From the NCBI GenBank assembly GCA_046563655.1, contig CM102285.1:310001-374000 (forward strand): a DNA stretch of 64,000 nucleotides, given 5' to 3'. Below are positions 60,267 through 64,000 of this stretch, piece by piece (the first letter of the stretch is position 1; each line of letters starts with the position of its first letter). The notes below the pieces were generated by a model that ran no database searches, was not told the origin of the DNA, and worked only from the letters and a program-made list of their open reading frames with translations. A program made the translations under genes and the position numbers. This DNA is from Yuukianura sp. NJ FZ-2021 (Eukaryota).

Positions 60267-63200
60267 CATAATTCACATCTAGACCAATTTTATTTTTTTT
60301 ACGGTCTTGCGTGACTCTGTTTTTCATTTTCTCATTGTTTCAGTTTTTAGTAAACAAAAACTGAAAAATAAAGGGAACTTTTGAAATTTGAAACAGGTTT
60401 TGAATGTTCCTCTCAATTAATAATTAAGTTGGGATGCGGGAGTGACCAAATCTCGTTTGTGGTCAGTCTCGTCACCTCCCCTGCTAAAATCTGTTGTCAG
60501 TATCACTTTTTGATTTGGGTTAGTCAGCCAACTAGTTTTGGTTTTTATACATTTGGTTTCATAAAGTTTTATGGTTTGGATTGGGGTGTAAAAGGGAGTA
60601 ACTACTCACATTTCTTGGAACTTTTAAAAACTTTATTTGAGTTGGACTCTGTAACTTTCAGTTTGACATTTTCAGGCGAAGAGAGCGTGATTTGTGGAAC
60701 TGCCTAAAGTTTGTGTTTATCAGGAGGTTGTGCAGAGAGGTCAAGAGGTCAGGTGACATGTGACCACTTGACTTAAAGTTACAACTTGACAAGTTGCGTA
60801 TCATTTGAGTACTGTAACTTTCAAATTGTAGCGCCCTTTTTACAACAAGTGGAAAGTACGCTGATGGCTGAATTGGCTCAATCGATTGGGTGAAATTGGA
60901 CTTTGGCCGAGTGACGTAAGAAGGATAAGTTATCATTGGCTAGATATGGCCATAAAGTCACACGGTCCATGACCAGCTTCAATGAAGTATCTCCAAAAAC
61001 TTTGTGCTTTGCGACAGAGTGGTTACTGAGTGAGGTGGTTACGGTGGTTACAGTGGTTACCTAACTAGAATTTTAGTAAAAGTGGAAGTTTTGCATGTAT
61101 TTGGATACTGCGTCTGCGTGTAATGGGAATTGCTGAAATCGGACCATCAACACAAAACGGTAATTTAGCGGGAAACAGGAAAATGCTCAGGATGGTTAAC
61201 GATGAAAATGTGCCTCTCGAACACAACGGTAATTTTCATTACAAATTTTGAAAAAAAAATTGAAAAATATTTTAAAAGTCAATTTCCTATGAAAAACTGG
61301 AAGAATTTCCATCATTGTAATTTTTGACTGCTTTGGAATTTTTTTTTGTAGTTTTGTATTTTGTAGTTTTCCAATTTTTCTAGTGTCGAATTTTTAAATT
61401 TTGAAACGTAGGGTTTGGAACGTGATTGTGAAAAATGAGTAGGTTTTTTGTGTTTTTGGTTTTGGTATAAAAATAGGCTGATTTTCAAGTTATTGTGAAG
61501 TTCACAAGTTGTGAACGTGAGAAAATGAAAGTCATCGTGCCCAAGGTCATGCTCATTTTTAATTTGTATAAGTAGATGGGCATGAATTTAAGTAGTTTTG
61601 ATTTGTTAGGTCAGTTAGGCTGGTTGCGTTAGGTTAGTTGGAGTTAATCACGGGGTTAAATAGTTTAATTGTGGCGTAGTGTGAGTCTCAAGGTCATGCG
61701 AGTCACTTAACTCTTGAGAACTGACCAGACCATGTGCTCAGAAGGTGATAAATTTCACACTTCCAGTTTCTTATACTCACAGTTTGGCAATTGACGAAAC
61801 AGGAAAGTAGCGGCTTTAATTTTATTTGGGTTTTTACTTTTACAACTAATTGACGTCTAAAATTCCACATTTTAAATTCAAATTTCAAAGTTTCCTTTTT
61901 GTTTTCAAATACTGCTATACATACTTCTGAGACTGAAATTCAAAGGTAAAACAATCTTCTTCCTTTTCTTTTTGTAAAAAAGTTTTAGGATTTGCTAAAT
62001 TTTGAAGTAGGTGGCCTTGTTACTTCTAAGTAATTTTTGAGTTTTATAAGTTGAGATTGACCTTGGTTGTGGTGAGATTGACGTAGTTTGGTTTCTGCAG
62101 TTGAATGACCGTTGACTATAATGTTAGATTTGTAATTGGAAATTGAAGTGCAGACGACGATGATTGCGAAATTGCAAAATGAGAAGGAGCTGATTCATAT
62201 TATTTGATGATTTAGTGTAATTTTTGATACTTTATAGAGTTGTTGCCTTCTCTTTTAAGTTGACGTTAGCAAAATAGGAAAATAACTGGAAAGAACCAAA
62301 CGGAAAATGAATTTGATAATAGTGTCGCATAACATCTTTTAAGATGCTGCAGGAACTGGAGGGAGGAAAAACTTCAATTACGTTGTATAATCAAAAGTAT
62401 ATATTTATATATAATAGTTTTATAATAAATTATTCGTTCTTTGAATTATGCAAATTGTATCTTTGATCTGTCGAGGGTAAACAATTTTTGGTTTGAATTT
62501 GACAAAATGATATTTGACGAATTGTAATTTGACAAATTGGCATTTGACAAATTTTGTAATTTGGCAAATTGGCATTCGACAAAATTATTAGTTGGTGGTG
62601 TTTTTTTATGGTAAGGATAACTGAGATTGAAAATTTGAGAAAAAAGGAAGACTTTTTTTTTAATTCTTGATGTTTTTAAAAATTTGGAAGTTTGGAATTT
62701 CGAATTTTCAATTTTTTTTTCGAGAGATTGATTGCTTGGTTAGTGAATAATTCATGAATCAAAGGAAAATGAAAGTGCGAAAAAATTTGGGTGATGAGGG
62801 AGATATGAGCTGGAGTGAAAAATTGAAAAGTGAAAAATGAAAGTTAGGAAAGTCGTTTTTTGAAATTTTGTAGTCGTTTGTCCTTCAACTCTTGTTTTGA
62901 TTTTGAGTTCAACTGTAGAAGGATGTTTAAATTTAGTGTTGAAGTTGTTTAGGTGGATGCTGGAGAGAGTTTATAAGAAGATGATCATGAGAAAGGGAGA
63001 TGATCTTCCGTTTTTCATGTTCCAGGATGCATAAGTTAGGCTATAAGTTATAACCTAACATGCTGAAGTTGATGCGTGGTGGTCACCTACTTTGTGTCTT
63101 AAGTGTTCCCATTTAAATGCTGCTCTTTCGGCGGCATCTTCTGTCCTCCTACTTCTCATTCATCTTCTGTGTACACAGATCATCTTTTCATCTTCTAAAA

Positions 63201-63712
63201 ACATAACCTTCCAGACTCTTCCATGCAGTTGCATTTTGTCTAACTGCAAGGCAACTACACAAAAAGTGGACAGTGCGAGGGAACTTTGTCCGAGGTCATT
63301 TTGTGCAAGGAAAGAATTCTTTCCGCGGAAAAAGTGCTTGGACGAAAGTTAAAGTGGCTGTGGAGAAACTGAAATTTTGTGGGGCATTGTGAGACTTTGG
63401 ATTTTCGTAGATTTTGTTTCGGAGTTTGGGGATTTCGGAGTTTTTGTTTCGGAATTTGGGAGTTTCATTTTATTGTTGCAAGTTTTCGTGAAAGAAAGGA
63501 ATTTCGTGTTTTGGAATTTGAGTAGAAAGTTTGTGAATTTTTTTGAAATTTTGAAATTTGGTGACATTTGATTGGGTGGTGAAGGTGGGATGACGAAGCA
63601 GTCAATCACGGATGCCCGAATTCCCGAGGTGCCACCCCGGTCAGAGGTCGGGGTCGTTTTGACCCCGGTCAGAGCTGAGGGAGGTCAGGAAGAATTTTTG
63701 GGCCTAAAAATC

Positions 63713-64000
63713 CCAAAATTTCTCTGCGCCTAACGGCGCAGTATCATTTTTATTCCGTTTTAGCTTCAATTACCGGGGTCAGAAGCGACTTTTGAACGTC
63801 CAAATCCAAAATTTCTCTGCGCCTAACGGCGCAGTATCATTTTTATTCTGTTTTGCTTCAATTACCGGGGTCATAAGCGACTTTTGAACGTCCAAATCCA
63901 AAATTTCTCTGCGCCTAACGGCGCAGTACCATTTTTATTCCGTTTTAGCTTCAATTACCGGGGTCAGAAGCGACTTTTGAACGTCCAAATCCAAAATTTC
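63713..64000 (+). repeat. 93-bp tandem repeat (at least 3 units, runs off the window), probably internal to a DNA-transposon relic starting near 63607
   Basis: Units start at 63713, 63806, 63898 and 63991. Each contains the hairpin CTGCGCCTAACGGCGCAG and CCGGGGTCA, a motif also present in the preceding 63630-63673 segment. Confidence 0.9.

Noticed and set aside
61700-63360. Possible minus-strand exons (acceptor ~63358, donors ~63085 and ~61705)
   Set aside because: No convincing reading frame or domain could be assembled within the window.
63713-64000. CRISPR array
   Set aside because: Contiguous tandem units with no unique spacers.

Overview
AT-rich eukaryotic genomic DNA with short GT-AG introns. 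It is probably from a hexapod, judged by a classic-pattern odorant-binding protein, a Methuselah-like ectodomain and insect-type G-alpha-o; the species cannot be determined. The first ~13.9 kb is non-coding with transposon relics, including two copies of a DINE-1/HINE-like (Helentron-type) element. Hand-spliced gene models in order: Methuselah-like ectodomain-only gene (+), single extended-Tudor protein (-), TENT4/Trf4-like nucleotidyltransferase (-), long-hinge HP1 paralog (+), C-terminally truncated Hsp70 (+), LAS1L (-), NDUFA4/B12D-like microprotein (-), RanBP9/10 (+), G-alpha-o (+), OBP (-), lipocalin-like gene (-), and an uncharacterised gene (+) whose intron contains a MITD1-like gene. 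There are several MITEs, a deleted pogo element and a terminal 93-bp tandem array. Two patterns stand out. (1) Three separate intron-containing, divergent or truncated paralogs (Mth-like, Hsp70-like, MITD1-like) are each bracketed by their own 150-270 bp direct repeats, which suggests a recurring DNA-mediated gene-insertion process with long target duplications. (2) A compact Tudor/TENT4/HP1/Hsp70 cluster of silencing-type paralogs, in which the HP1 and Hsp70 genes share a ~51-bp upstream module. All calls come from reading the sequence by eye; no database searches were run.
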